In this document: positions 15,714-24,445 of the stretch, one piece after another | How the letters are laid out: each line of letters begins with the position of its first letter | How positions within the stretch are numbered: position 1 is the first letter of the stretch | Virus record (IMG/VR): IMGVR_UViG_3300024348_000026 | Location: 3,530-67,529 of that record | DNA from: a virus | Length of the DNA stretch: 64,000 bases | Reading direction: 5' to 3' (one strand) | Position numbers and translations under genes: made by a program | The notes under the pieces: model-generated | The model's database searches: none | What the model was told of the DNA's origin: nothing | Seen by the model: only the letters and a program-made list of their open reading frames with translations

Positions 15714-15741
15714 ACTTTATCTAGTTTCCTGATTTTGTCAA
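15714..15741 (-). promoter_or_regulatory. sigma70-type promoter of the tRNA array
   Basis: TTGACA-N16-TAAAGT with an A-rich upstream region. Confidence 0.65.
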
Positions 15742-15781
15742 CATCTTTTTGTCTTTTTTTCTTCTTCCTCTTTATTCCAAC

Positions 15782-15810
15782 AAAAAAGCCCAACTTTTTA
15801 AGGGTTGGGC
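15782..15810 (-). terminator. intrinsic terminator (attenuator)
   Basis: GCCCAAC-CCTTAAAAA-GTTGGGC-TTTTTT. Confidence 0.85.
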
Positions 15811-15833
15811 CAAAAAAAATCATTTTTTAGCCC
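15807..15833 (-). promoter_or_regulatory. antiterminator hairpin
   Basis: GGGCTAAAAAA-TGATT-TTTTTTGGCCC sequesters the GCCC of the terminator 5' arm. Confidence 0.65.
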
Positions 15834-15838
15834 CTGAG

Positions 15839-15904
15839 TCACCCACGATCCCACTCGCAATTAATTGCGGGTTTCTGCGTGAGTGATGTAAAGGAATATC
15901 TCAT
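15839..15904 (-). CDS. leader peptide MRYSFTSLTQKPAINCEWDRG
   Basis: 21 distinct codons, 18 amino acids; stop 5 nt before the antiterminator; GTGTAA motif at 15928-15933. Confidence 0.75.
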   Translation of the reverse strand: MRYSFTSLTQKPAINCEWDRG

Positions 15905-15945
15905 TTTAATAAAGCTGTCGAAGCTTCTTACACTAATAATACTCA

Positions 15946-16521
15946 TTACCACAAATTTTTCAAGAAATAATTCCATTCTTGGCGAATTTTTTCTGCATTA
16001 AGCATTAAGGCTGGAATTGCAGGTGGTTTTGGTATTTGTCCATTCTTATCATGCCAAGGAGTCAGGTCTGCCTTTTTGAGGTTGCATTTGCGGCAAGCTA
16101 GAACGAGATTATTATGATCGTTGCTGCCGCCCTTGCTCTTTGGATGAATATGATCGAGGGTTAAATCTTTTAAATGATATTTTTCAAAACAATATTGACA
16201 AGTATAGTCGCAAAGTTTTGCAAGATCAAATAAAGTTAATTTTGTTTTTTTTGGTTTTCTGAAGAATTTGCTTGTTACGATAATTACTGTAGGAATTGGC
16301 CAACCTGCGTGGGCGCTTCTTAAGAACGGTTGATCATCATAATATTCTGCTTGACTATTCCAGCTATCTAAAGAATGAAACACAGAACTGTTTTTGTCTA
16401 ACGCGGAAATTCTTTTTTTATGCAAATGCTGAAATGCGGCCCGTGCGGTGACAACTGTAATTGGTTGCCATGCGTTATTAAGAAGCAGGGTTGTTTTTGT
16501 ATTTGCTGTTACAGCGTTCAT
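15946..16521 (-). CDS. HNH endonuclease (McrA-like)
   Basis: LLLNNAWQPI; CQYC...TLDHIHPKSKGG...NLVLACRKCNLKK. Confidence 0.9.
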   Translation of the reverse strand: MNAVTANTKTTLLLNNAWQPITVVTARAAFQHLHKKRISALDKNSSVFHSLDSWNSQAEYYDDQPFLRSAHAGWPIPTVIIVTSKFFRKPKKTKLTLFDLAKLCDYTCQYCFEKYHLKDLTLDHIHPKSKGGSNDHNNLVLACRKCNLKKADLTPWHDKNGQIPKPPAIPALMLNAEKIRQEWNYFLKNLW

Positions 16522-16868
16522 TGTGTTAATTCTACAATTTCGATAAGACTAAAAAGCTTTTCGCGAAATTCTTTTTCTCGGCGTTCTTGATTTTCTTTAT
16601 TATAATTATAATTATTGCGCATTACGCCTTGACTATCAATATAAGGATCTATCTGCTCAAAAACATAGTTTGATTCTAATGAATTAAAATGACAAAGAAT
16701 AGCTGATTTAGCGTGACCAATTTGTTTCCAGCTACTCTTTCCAGAACGCATAATTAAATTTTTCCCCTTATATTGAGCAACATAAGTTTTTGCTTTCTTT
16801 TCTTTCTGATTAGAAATCATTTGATCAAGAACATCAGCGAGTTCTTCTGTGTTTTGAATCTCTTTCAT
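16518..16868 (-). CDS. hypothetical protein
   Basis: ORF. Confidence 0.7.
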   Translation of the reverse strand: MKEIQNTEELADVLDQMISNQKEKKAKTYVAQYKGKNLIMRSGKSSWKQIGHAKSAILCHFNSLESNYVFEQIDPYIDSQGVMRNNYNYNKENQERREKEFREKLFSLIEIVELTQ

Positions 16869-16872
16869 TATT

Positions 16873-17577
16873 TTAAATGTCTTTTGCTCCTAATTCTTTT
16901 GCTCTTTCGTCGCTAAGGACAGAATACCAACCTCTTATAATTCTAAGTTTGCCTTTTTCGCCAGTATCCTGACAAGTTTTTAAACTTAAATATTCTGCTA
17001 GTCGAATCATTCCGTTAACGTTTTTATCTCCACCGTCAATATAAAATCTAAGCGATCCAAATTTTTCTTTATATTGGGCGACTTTTACTGGTCGCGGTTT
17101 TTTATTAATATAAAAGTTTTGACTATTACGGATCTTTTGATCGATTTTTGATGTCAGGCGACGAACCTTTGCCGCAAATGTTTTATCTTGTTTTTCTTTT
17201 TGTTCTTTAGTGATGAGGAGTTTGGAGTGTTTATCCCAAGGGCAGAAAAAGTAATCGATTTTTGCCTTCGCTTTCGTCCAAACCTTATAAAGAGAGTATC
17301 TGAATTTTTTGTCTGGGTCAAGGACTACTTGAGTAGTATTTTTTTGATAATCAAGGATGCATCCAAAAAGGTTGTCAACGATCTTCTCCCACCCCTTGGG
17401 GCAAGAATTCCAGCATCTTTGAGATTGAGGTAGAAGCTTTCCTTCCTCGTCTGTTTCAAACAGATCTGGATATTTAGAAAAAAGATAATCTTCGAAATCG
17501 ATATCTTCTTTTACGTCATCATCGATCTTTTCGATCAGCTCTTTTACTGTTTTGATTTTCATATACTTGTTTTTCAT
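16873..17577 (-). CDS. conserved phage protein (QxKEKFGxLRFY family)
   Basis: CPKGW...QYKEKFGSLRFY...AEYLSLKTCQDTG. Confidence 0.75.
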   Translation of the reverse strand: MKNKYMKIKTVKELIEKIDDDVKEDIDFEDYLFSKYPDLFETDEEGKLLPQSQRCWNSCPKGWEKIVDNLFGCILDYQKNTTQVVLDPDKKFRYSLYKVWTKAKAKIDYFFCPWDKHSKLLITKEQKEKQDKTFAAKVRRLTSKIDQKIRNSQNFYINKKPRPVKVAQYKEKFGSLRFYIDGGDKNVNGMIRLAEYLSLKTCQDTGEKGKLRIIRGWYSVLSDERAKELGAKDI

Positions 17578-17663
17578 GTATATGATTACCCTTAATTAAG
17601 GCGAAGTCAAGAAATTATTGCTATTTGGCTAAAAGAATCAGCGCGGCAAATAAATATTAAAAA

Positions 17664-18050
17664 TTAATATTGAACGTAAACCCGTGGGATTTCGACCTTA
17701 TAAGAATCTCCAAGGCCCAAAACTTTTAAAGCCTTAGTCATCGATCCAGCGTCAGCTATGTGGGGTAAATGTCCAGCTCCCGTGTGTTTATAAAAAGCAT
17801 CTCTTAAATAAGAAATATCTTCGCGCATCCATTTGGTTTGGTATTCAAATTCGCTCAACATTGCTTTCACCATACAATGCATGTCTTCCACGCATACTTT
17901 TGGAGAATCTTCCATATAAGCCTTTGATTCAAAACAAACGACTTTATTTTCCCCTTCTCCTTCGATAAAAGCTGTAATTCCGAACTTTTCGGCATCTTTA
18001 ACCGCCGCTTCTGAAAGTTCCATATTAATTAAAGGGAGAATTTTTTTCAT
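17664..18050 (-). CDS. hypothetical protein
   Basis: GTGTAA-N8-ATG sets the start at MKKILPL. Confidence 0.7.
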   Translation of the reverse strand: MKKILPLINMELSEAAVKDAEKFGITAFIEGEGENKVVCFESKAYMEDSPKVCVEDMHCMVKAMLSEFEYQTKWMREDISYLRDAFYKHTGAGHLPHIADAGSMTKALKVLGLGDSYKVEIPRVYVQY

Positions 18051-18072
18051 ATTTTTTATTACACTTATTATA

Positions 18073-18594
18073 TTAGATGTTGAAATGCTTTTTTGCTTCA
18101 TCAAGAGTATAGAAGAATCTGCCAGTATTTCTATAAATAGCATCAACGCAGCAATTTAAATACTTTTTGTCTAAAACTTTTTTGCCATACCAAGTTTTTT
18201 TCATAATATCTTGATCATGGATATGCCCACATAGGTTCCCAACGCATCTTCTCATTTCGTCAGGATGAATTGGGCAGTGAGTCAACCACATTTTTTTATA
18301 TCGGACCATTCCGTGGATCTCCTCAAAAACAGCCATTTGATCGGCGTTTGTTGTTTCTAGATCGTGGTTTCCTAGAATTAGTCTTTTTCTGCCTTTTAGA
18401 TTTCCTATTACATCTAACCCTCTTTTATCAAAAGCAACGTCTCCAAGAAACCAAACAACATCTTGTTTTTTAATAATCTTCTCGTAGGCTTCTACAAGAA
18501 GTTTTTCGTTTTCTTCTGGAGAAGAGATATATTTTCTAAAGTTTGGCAAATTAGTATGTGAAAGATGCCAATCGCTGGTGAAGTAAACGCTCAT
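18073..18594 (-). CDS. calcineurin-like metallophosphoesterase
   Basis: SDWH, LGD, GNHD, THCP, CGHIH. Confidence 0.9.
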   Translation of the reverse strand: MSVYFTSDWHLSHTNLPNFRKYISSPEENEKLLVEAYEKIIKKQDVVWFLGDVAFDKRGLDVIGNLKGRKRLILGNHDLETTNADQMAVFEEIHGMVRYKKMWLTHCPIHPDEMRRCVGNLCGHIHDQDIMKKTWYGKKVLDKKYLNCCVDAIYRNTGRFFYTLDEAKKHFNI

Positions 18595-18878
18595 TTCGGT
18601 ATTATATGGTCATCGCTCTTCGCGCCAATCTTTTTCTCAATAAACATGGATATCGGTTGCCCTAGAATTGCCCCAATTGATGACCCTATGCATGAAAATA
18701 ACATCGTTTGGGTATCAGAGGATATAAGTTCCTTCATAAAGAATATCCAGAGGAAATTTGAGACTATGACGAGCAAGGAATGATACAGAACATTATTTCT
18801 GTTTCTTGCCCTGCCCATCATCGACCAGAGGACATTTAAAACAAAGGATATTAAGATTAGTTCAATTATCTTCATCAC
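18591..18878 (-). CDS. small membrane protein
   Basis: three hydrophobic segments. Confidence 0.65.
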   Translation of the reverse strand: MMKIIELILISFVLNVLWSMMGRARNRNNVLYHSLLVIVSNFLWIFFMKELISSDTQTMLFSCIGSSIGAILGQPISMFIEKKIGAKSDDHIIPK

Positions 18879-19058
18879 GAAGCTTCATCAAGTCTAGTCT
18901 AGTATCGAGGGCGTCATTAATCTTATTGACCCAAGACTTTTTCTTTCTCATCTCTGCTTTTGTCCATTTCTTAGCGAGGAAGGAAAGGGTTTTGTCGTGG
19001 TCTTTAATTATTTTTATATATTTGTTGTTCATTTTTTTTGGGGAGGCATAGAGGGAAA

Positions 19059-19451
19059 TTACAACAATGGTAAGTGGTCAGTAATTCCTTCGAACTTATT
19101 TTCAAAATGCGGCCCCACTGCAACTGCCGTGGGCGTTTTAACTCCATTAAATTCTGTAGCCCCATTGTCTATAACTAAATGGGAAATTAATCCTGCGTCA
19201 AGAGCTTTTTGGTGAATCTCCATCAACTCTTCTTCACTATTAACATAACAGACAATTTTGCGAAAGGATGTTTTAAGCCACAGCTCACACTCTAATTTAT
19301 GCTCCATCGGTATCTTGTATACAAAATGTCCAGTTCCAAACATTACATCTTTAGTTAAAAATGCCATAGACGCATGGGCGCATTGGCTCCCGATTTTTCC
19401 TTTGCGGCATTTTAGGGCGTTATTCCAAATTATAACTTGCTTGGTATTCAT
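19059..19451 (-). CDS. pth2: peptidyl-tRNA hydrolase, Pth2 family
   Basis: KQVII...KGKIGSQCAHAS...KIV...DNGATEF...TAVAVGP...ITDHLPLL. Confidence 0.9.
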   Translation of the reverse strand: MNTKQVIIWNNALKCRKGKIGSQCAHASMAFLTKDVMFGTGHFVYKIPMEHKLECELWLKTSFRKIVCYVNSEEELMEIHQKALDAGLISHLVIDNGATEFNGVKTPTAVAVGPHFENKFEGITDHLPLL

Positions 19452-19596
19452 TTTTGTGCTGCTAAAATTAATCCCACATTTGCGAAAGCATAAGCATACC
19501 AAGTAAGCGCCCAAGGGAAATTTCCTTTTAGGGCAAAACTGGTTCCAGTAATAAAATAAAGAGCCGTCGAAATTCCTACTGTGAAGGTTTCAAGAT

Positions 19597-20064
19597 TCAT
19601 AAATTATTTTTATATTCGACTATTAAAACTTCAAACCCTTTAAAAACGTCCTGAATCATTGCGTTCACGACGATCCAAGAGCCGCCAGCCCTATCACTCG
19701 CCATTTTATAGGGAATACCGATGATACCCTTAAAATTTAAACCAATCAGTTCTTCCCGCACACCCTCAAAACAGCGGTAAAGGGCCTCGTAATTAACTTG
19801 GCGACATTGGGTTCCATAATTTTTTTGAGCGTGAAGATTAAATATATAACCATTTTGAAATCCAGCAAAACTATTAGTTCCTAATTTTAGACCGCTTGTT
19901 TCTTCATGTAGTCTATATGATTTGTAAGCTTCTGGAAATTGATTTTTAATTTGAAGAGCTATTCCACTTCCCATTACTCCTTGGCAGTTAGCGCAATGCA
20001 AAACAGTATTGACTTTCCCACTTCTAAAAAACTCAAGAATATCCCCTCTTTCGTGATTAATCAT
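19597..20064 (-). CDS. macrodomain (TARG1/Poa1p-like) protein
   Basis: GDIL...HCANCQGVMGSGIALQIK.FP...IPYKMASDRAGGSW. Confidence 0.9.
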   Translation of the reverse strand: MINHERGDILEFFRSGKVNTVLHCANCQGVMGSGIALQIKNQFPEAYKSYRLHEETSGLKLGTNSFAGFQNGYIFNLHAQKNYGTQCRQVNYEALYRCFEGVREELIGLNFKGIIGIPYKMASDRAGGSWIVVNAMIQDVFKGFEVLIVEYKNNL

Positions 20065-20434
20065 GTTTTTTCTCTATTTTGATTTTCATATACTGTGGGT
20101 AATTTTTGATATACCACTGAGCCTTTGCTCTGGAAGAACAAAAAACATCAACAACGATTGTTTTCCCTTTAGAAGCTTTTTTAGAAACCAAAGCCGAACC
20201 TGTGTCGCTAACAACAAACTGTTTCTTCATCGCGGAAATGCTAACTATAGAGCCGTAGGGGATCGCTTTGGGGTCAGCCGCAAGGGTTTTGCCGCAGATG
20301 GGCTTCTTACCCGTAGAAGTGATTTTATCGCCCCAATAATAGGTAACTCTAGCCAATACTTCTTTTGCGTTCACGGTGGGCGTGAACAGGGTTAAAATCG
20401 TGAACAGGGTTATTAGTTTTTTAGTCATGTCCAT
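20057..20434 (-). CDS. secreted 3D-domain protein
   Basis: signal peptide; AADPKAIPYGS...DTG...VDVF. Confidence 0.8.
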   Translation of the reverse strand: MDMTKKLITLFTILTLFTPTVNAKEVLARVTYYWGDKITSTGKKPICGKTLAADPKAIPYGSIVSISAMKKQFVVSDTGSALVSKKASKGKTIVVDVFCSSRAKAQWYIKNYPQYMKIKIEKKHD

Positions 20435-20955
20435 CTTATACAGTATAATTTCAGAACATTCAAGTCTAAATGATAACCATTTATCCCTCGCACCCTCATT
20501 TTTCTTACTGTGTCGGCAGTTCCCCCTTCTTTTACTTGATCTTTATCGCCAAAAGTCATCGCTAAAAATAAATCAGCTTCATCTGCAACTTTTGAATTAC
20601 GATCTTTAAATCCGCCGAAACTTTGGATATTAAAATGTTTTAATTTGAAGCAATCGTTCAGTTCTTTCCAAGTGTCCTTTTCTCTTGCGGAGCTAAACTT
20701 TCCATGATAACCGTGTAGAGTGCTTAAATCTCTACCGTTTTCGGGCAACCAGATTTTTGTTTTTACCTTGTCTTTGATACCTATCTCTACCGCAATGTGA
20801 TCGGCCCAGGCTGCGCCTCCAGAAATGATGGAAGTTGTTTTTTCTTTTCTAATTATGCATCTGGCGGCATCAAGCATCCTTTGCCAATGGATTTTGGAGA
20901 GCTTTGCTGCGTCATCTTTTCGGCCAGCAGTTCCGATTATAGCTAATTTGCTCAT
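20425..20955 (-). CDS. SLOG-superfamily protein
   Basis: AIIGTAGR, SGGAAWADH, RNSKVA, GGTADT. Confidence 0.75.
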   Translation of the reverse strand: MSKLAIIGTAGRKDDAAKLSKIHWQRMLDAARCIIRKEKTTSIISGGAAWADHIAVEIGIKDKVKTKIWLPENGRDLSTLHGYHGKFSSAREKDTWKELNDCFKLKHFNIQSFGGFKDRNSKVADEADLFLAMTFGDKDQVKEGGTADTVRKMRVRGINGYHLDLNVLKLYCIRWT

Positions 20956-20960
20956 CTTAG

Positions 20961-21488
20961 TTATGACAAAAGGATTTTCCAGTATTTTGAATCCATATCT
21001 CTTTTCCCACTGTCGAGGTCGAAGATTGCTTTAAATAACTCTTCCTTATTCTCAAAAACAAAATCCATATTTACTAGCCCAACTAACCAAAGAGGCATTT
21101 CTGATCTTTTATTAATCATAAAGAAAATAGGCTTTCTTTGGGAGGAAGCTTGAATGACTTCATGCGTGGTCCCCCACGTTGCCTTATTTGGTTCTAGTTT
21201 GACTATAACAAAAGTGCTAAGATCGACGGCTCTCAAATCACGCCGAATAATATTCTTCATTATATCATGAAGCTCGCTAAATTCATTATTTTCGCGCATT
21301 TTCTTAAATTTATTGCGCATATCCTCTGATTCGCTCAATTGATCATGAAACATTGGACGAGTAGGATTAAGGACTTTGATATTGATTTTCTCAAGATCTT
21401 TTGTGAAGGAATCTCTCCAATTTTCAGCGTCCTCCGTGTTTTCCATGTTGCCGCAAAGGTAGCAAATTGTGTTTTTTAGTTTATTCAT
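20961..21488 (-). CDS. nucleoside 2-deoxyribosyltransferase-like protein
   Basis: YLCGNM...WR...LNP...DLRAVD...GTTHE. Confidence 0.8.
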   Translation of the reverse strand: MNKLKNTICYLCGNMENTEDAENWRDSFTKDLEKINIKVLNPTRPMFHDQLSESEDMRNKFKKMRENNEFSELHDIMKNIIRRDLRAVDLSTFVIVKLEPNKATWGTTHEVIQASSQRKPIFFMINKRSEMPLWLVGLVNMDFVFENKEELFKAIFDLDSGKRDMDSKYWKILLS

Positions 21489-21910
21489 TCTATTTGTTTC
21501 TTTTTATTTAATCTCTTTAACCCATCCAAAGTTTCTTTAACTATCCAAGAGCTAAAGTAGGCATGAACTTCTTCTCCGTCTGGATCATTATTTCCTTGCC
21601 CCCTGTAAGACAAAATCATATGGGCTGCATGAAAAGCTTCATGGGATAGATTTGCACAAAATGTTGAATCAAATTTATAAGATTTAAAGAAAATACAAAC
21701 ATTCATTCCATGGTCGATGGTAATTGTGCGGGCGTTAAATTGACTATCGCTTGAAGCGTTTTTTATTTTAAAATTATCTTCTATCCATAGATTAATTTCT
21801 TCCGCGTTAGATATCCCAACTGTAACATAAATACTAGCGCAGAAAATGGGATCAAACATCCAAACGCACTTGTATCTATTTTTGTCCACAAAGGTCCGAA
21901 TTTCTCTCAT
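21485..21910 (-). CDS. HExxH zincin-like protein
   Basis: SHEAFHAA...EEVHAY. Confidence 0.7.
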   Translation of the reverse strand: MREIRTFVDKNRYKCVWMFDPIFCASIYVTVGISNAEEINLWIEDNFKIKNASSDSQFNARTITIDHGMNVCIFFKSYKFDSTFCANLSHEAFHAAHMILSYRGQGNNDPDGEEVHAYFSSWIVKETLDGLKRLNKKKQIE

Positions 21911-21913
21911 TTT

Positions 21914-22171
21914 TTAAAAATTTTCGTAAAAACTAATATCCCCGTTTTCTTTGATCTTCTTGTTTTCTAAAAATGCTACCCGCCGCCTATATAGTTCCAT
22001 AGAAACGCACCCAAGCGCCCCAATTATATCATTGTAGCTTTGGTAGTTCTCTCCAGCGACACCTAAATACCTCTCTAGCAAAACATGAATGCAATAATTC
22101 AATTCGCCAGCGCTATCTGGAAGAAGTTTTTCATCTAGGAATTTTCGATCTTCTTGTTTAATATAAGGCAT
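21914..22171 (-). CDS. conserved phage protein (MPYI...GELNY family)
   Basis: MPYIKQEDR, AGELNY, ELYRRR, ENGD. Confidence 0.75.
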   Translation of the reverse strand: MPYIKQEDRKFLDEKLLPDSAGELNYCIHVLLERYLGVAGENYQSYNDIIGALGCVSMELYRRRVAFLENKKIKENGDISFYENF

Positions 22172-22910
22172 TTTTTAGTTTCTTTGTTGGCTTTTGTAAA
22201 ATAAGTTCCCATTTTTGGGAATCTTCATTAAAGTTTAGTCTGCGATGAGAGGATTCGATATCGTTAGGAAGACCGCAGTTCTTCTCGATAAGTTCCCACA
22301 TTTTTGGCCATTTTTTATTAGTTTTTTGACCAAAAAATTTGCACAGTTGACGGTTAATTTTATCATCTTCGACTGTGAAAGTTTTCTCTTTTAAGAATCC
22401 TTTAATAATCGGCAATGGTTCTTCTGTTACCTTACATGGGTCATCGTAAGTTACATACATATTCTCAAAATATCCATCGTTTTTCTTTACGGCGAGATAC
22501 TGGCGAATTGTTTGACGGATTTCGTAAGCCAGTCCTCCGTTTCTTGCTTTTTTATGGCCAATTCCATAAGAAGAATTAAATCCTCCAGCGATGCCCATAT
22601 TATTTGCCCTTTCTAGGAAATTTTTCATTTCCCAATCAGGATCTCCCAGAATCTCTTTTTGTTCGTTGTATAAGTTGTTATATTGATCAGAATATTCTCC
22701 ATGACCATTATACCGAAGAATTGGTGGTTCTGGAAAAATTAATGATCTGAGAAATTTATGAATAGCTCCTCTCTCTTCATGAGAGAAAAAAGCTTCTGGG
22801 AAAGCCTCATCAATAGCTATATCAAATTGTCCCAAGCGAAGTCGAGTATAAACCTCTAACGCTTGTTCTATCGTGCGTAAATGGGCGTCTGTGAATGATA
22901 TGTCGGTCAT
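22158..22910 (-). CDS. hypothetical protein
   Basis: 250-aa ORF. Confidence 0.75.
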   Translation of the reverse strand: MTDISFTDAHLRTIEQALEVYTRLRLGQFDIAIDEAFPEAFFSHEERGAIHKFLRSLIFPEPPILRYNGHGEYSDQYNNLYNEQKEILGDPDWEMKNFLERANNMGIAGGFNSSYGIGHKKARNGGLAYEIRQTIRQYLAVKKNDGYFENMYVTYDDPCKVTEEPLPIIKGFLKEKTFTVEDDKINRQLCKFFGQKTNKKWPKMWELIEKNCGLPNDIESSHRRLNFNEDSQKWELILQKPTKKLKNALY

Positions 22911-23127
22911 TGAAATAGTTTTTCTAGTAGTTGGATTTGGTCTTTAGCTGTTTTAACAAGATTTAAAGAAACCTCTTCAGTATTAGAAAAGTCGGCAGTT
23001 GTTTTTTTAAAGCGGACAGCATAAGAGCATTGTCTGGCCTTATCTACACAGGGGAGAATGTTGAAAAAGACCCCTCCAAATTTCCAATCAATCCTATCGT
23101 CTGACCATTCGTAGTAATAGATTTCTT

Positions 23128-23610
23128 TCATTTTCTTGTTTTTATAGAGATTAGATGCTCAATAACTTCTTTTGTTTTGCCATGAATTCTTCCCTGCGTC
23201 TCGATAATAGCTTTTAGATGATCAATCGAGCAGTTTTTCAACAAAACATACTTAAGGGGTTCGTCTCCATTAATGCCGCGACACCCCCAGCAGAAAGCTT
23301 CGCTTTTTTCTTCGATAGAGTCGCAATTAGGCCAATCTTTCTTTTCTAGGATTTTTACGTCCTCAATGTTCCAAACGCCGTATTTGCGGTTTTTGTTATT
23401 GCAATTATAGTCGTTATATAGCTCCGCAAAGGTTTGGGGAATTTGAAACCAAACGACATCTCCACCTCCAAAGCGGGTATATCCGCCATACATATTTGTA
23501 GTTGGTTGGCCAGAGTCAGCAATCATTCCATCCTCTGAAACAAAATCATGGTGAGCCATTGACGCTATAACTTTTTTGCCATTTGTAACTCCAAGTAATT
23601 TCATGCCCAT
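23128..23610 (-). CDS. conserved phage protein
   Basis: HHDFV, WGCRGINGDEPLKYV...DHLKAI. Confidence 0.7.
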   Translation of the reverse strand: MGMKLLGVTNGKKVIASMAHHDFVSEDGMIADSGQPTTNMYGGYTRFGGGDVVWFQIPQTFAELYNDYNCNNKNRKYGVWNIEDVKILEKKDWPNCDSIEEKSEAFCWGCRGINGDEPLKYVLLKNCSIDHLKAIIETQGRIHGKTKEVIEHLISIKTRK

Positions 23611-23692
23611 ACACTACTCTTTCTTTAGGAGTTTGTAAAGAGGTTTTTACACAATATGAACAAAAACCTTTAGGTTTTTTGCTTTTGCGATA

Positions 23693-24445
23693 TTAATCAT
23701 GTGTATGCTCCCCGCTATTATTGTTTTCATTTTGTGTTTTTTTAATTAATTTATAAAGAAGGGTTTTTTCTTTTTCTGAGATTTCCATGCTGTCGTATTT
23801 AGCATGGTTCTTTTTGAAAAAATGAATTAGTGGAGCGTTTGAATTGACAATATCTAGCGGATCTTCTTCCGCCAACAAAAGTCTTGAGCGCAGACTAGAA
23901 AAGGGTTCTATTTTGCTGCCGACTCCATCTAATATCAAAAAATCATTTGGAGATGCTTTACGGGCGTTATGATTTAAGTAGGAATTTCCAAATGGCAGGC
24001 TTTTTCCTATATGGGTATTCGATTCAAACATTAAGTCGTTATGCTCTTCCCATTTTTTATAAAAGTCTGTATGGTCTTTTGCCCCTAAAATTGCATTATT
24101 AAATCCAATAAGCTTGCCAAAAACATAAAAGCCTATAAAGAATCCACTCTTCTCTTCGATGCTCTTAAATAAGCCGTCTAGACTTTCTCTAACTAAAACA
24201 TCGCTATCAAGCCAGATACCGCCATATTGTTTTAATAGTTTTACGCGAAGGAAATCGGTGGCGTCTACTATATGCGGCAAATCAAAAACGGCATCAGGGA
24301 ATTTGATGTATTGTTTGATAGATTCTTTAGTTAGCTTGTGTAAAGCGTAGCTCTCTTTAGAGCAGCGTTTTTCTAAGATCTCCTCCAAGTCTTCGATTAC
24401 TTCTGACTTTGGCCCATCCCAATATGTGAAAATATTTTTTAACAT
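23693..24445 (-). CDS. GT32-like / capsular polysaccharide synthesis glycosyltransferase
   Basis: IFTYWD; DFLRVKLLKQYGGIWLDSD. Confidence 0.85.
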   Translation of the reverse strand: MLKNIFTYWDGPKSEVIEDLEEILEKRCSKESYALHKLTKESIKQYIKFPDAVFDLPHIVDATDFLRVKLLKQYGGIWLDSDVLVRESLDGLFKSIEEKSGFFIGFYVFGKLIGFNNAILGAKDHTDFYKKWEEHNDLMFESNTHIGKSLPFGNSYLNHNARKASPNDFLILDGVGSKIEPFSSLRSRLLLAEEDPLDIVNSNAPLIHFFKKNHAKYDSMEISEKEKTLLYKLIKKTQNENNNSGEHTHD

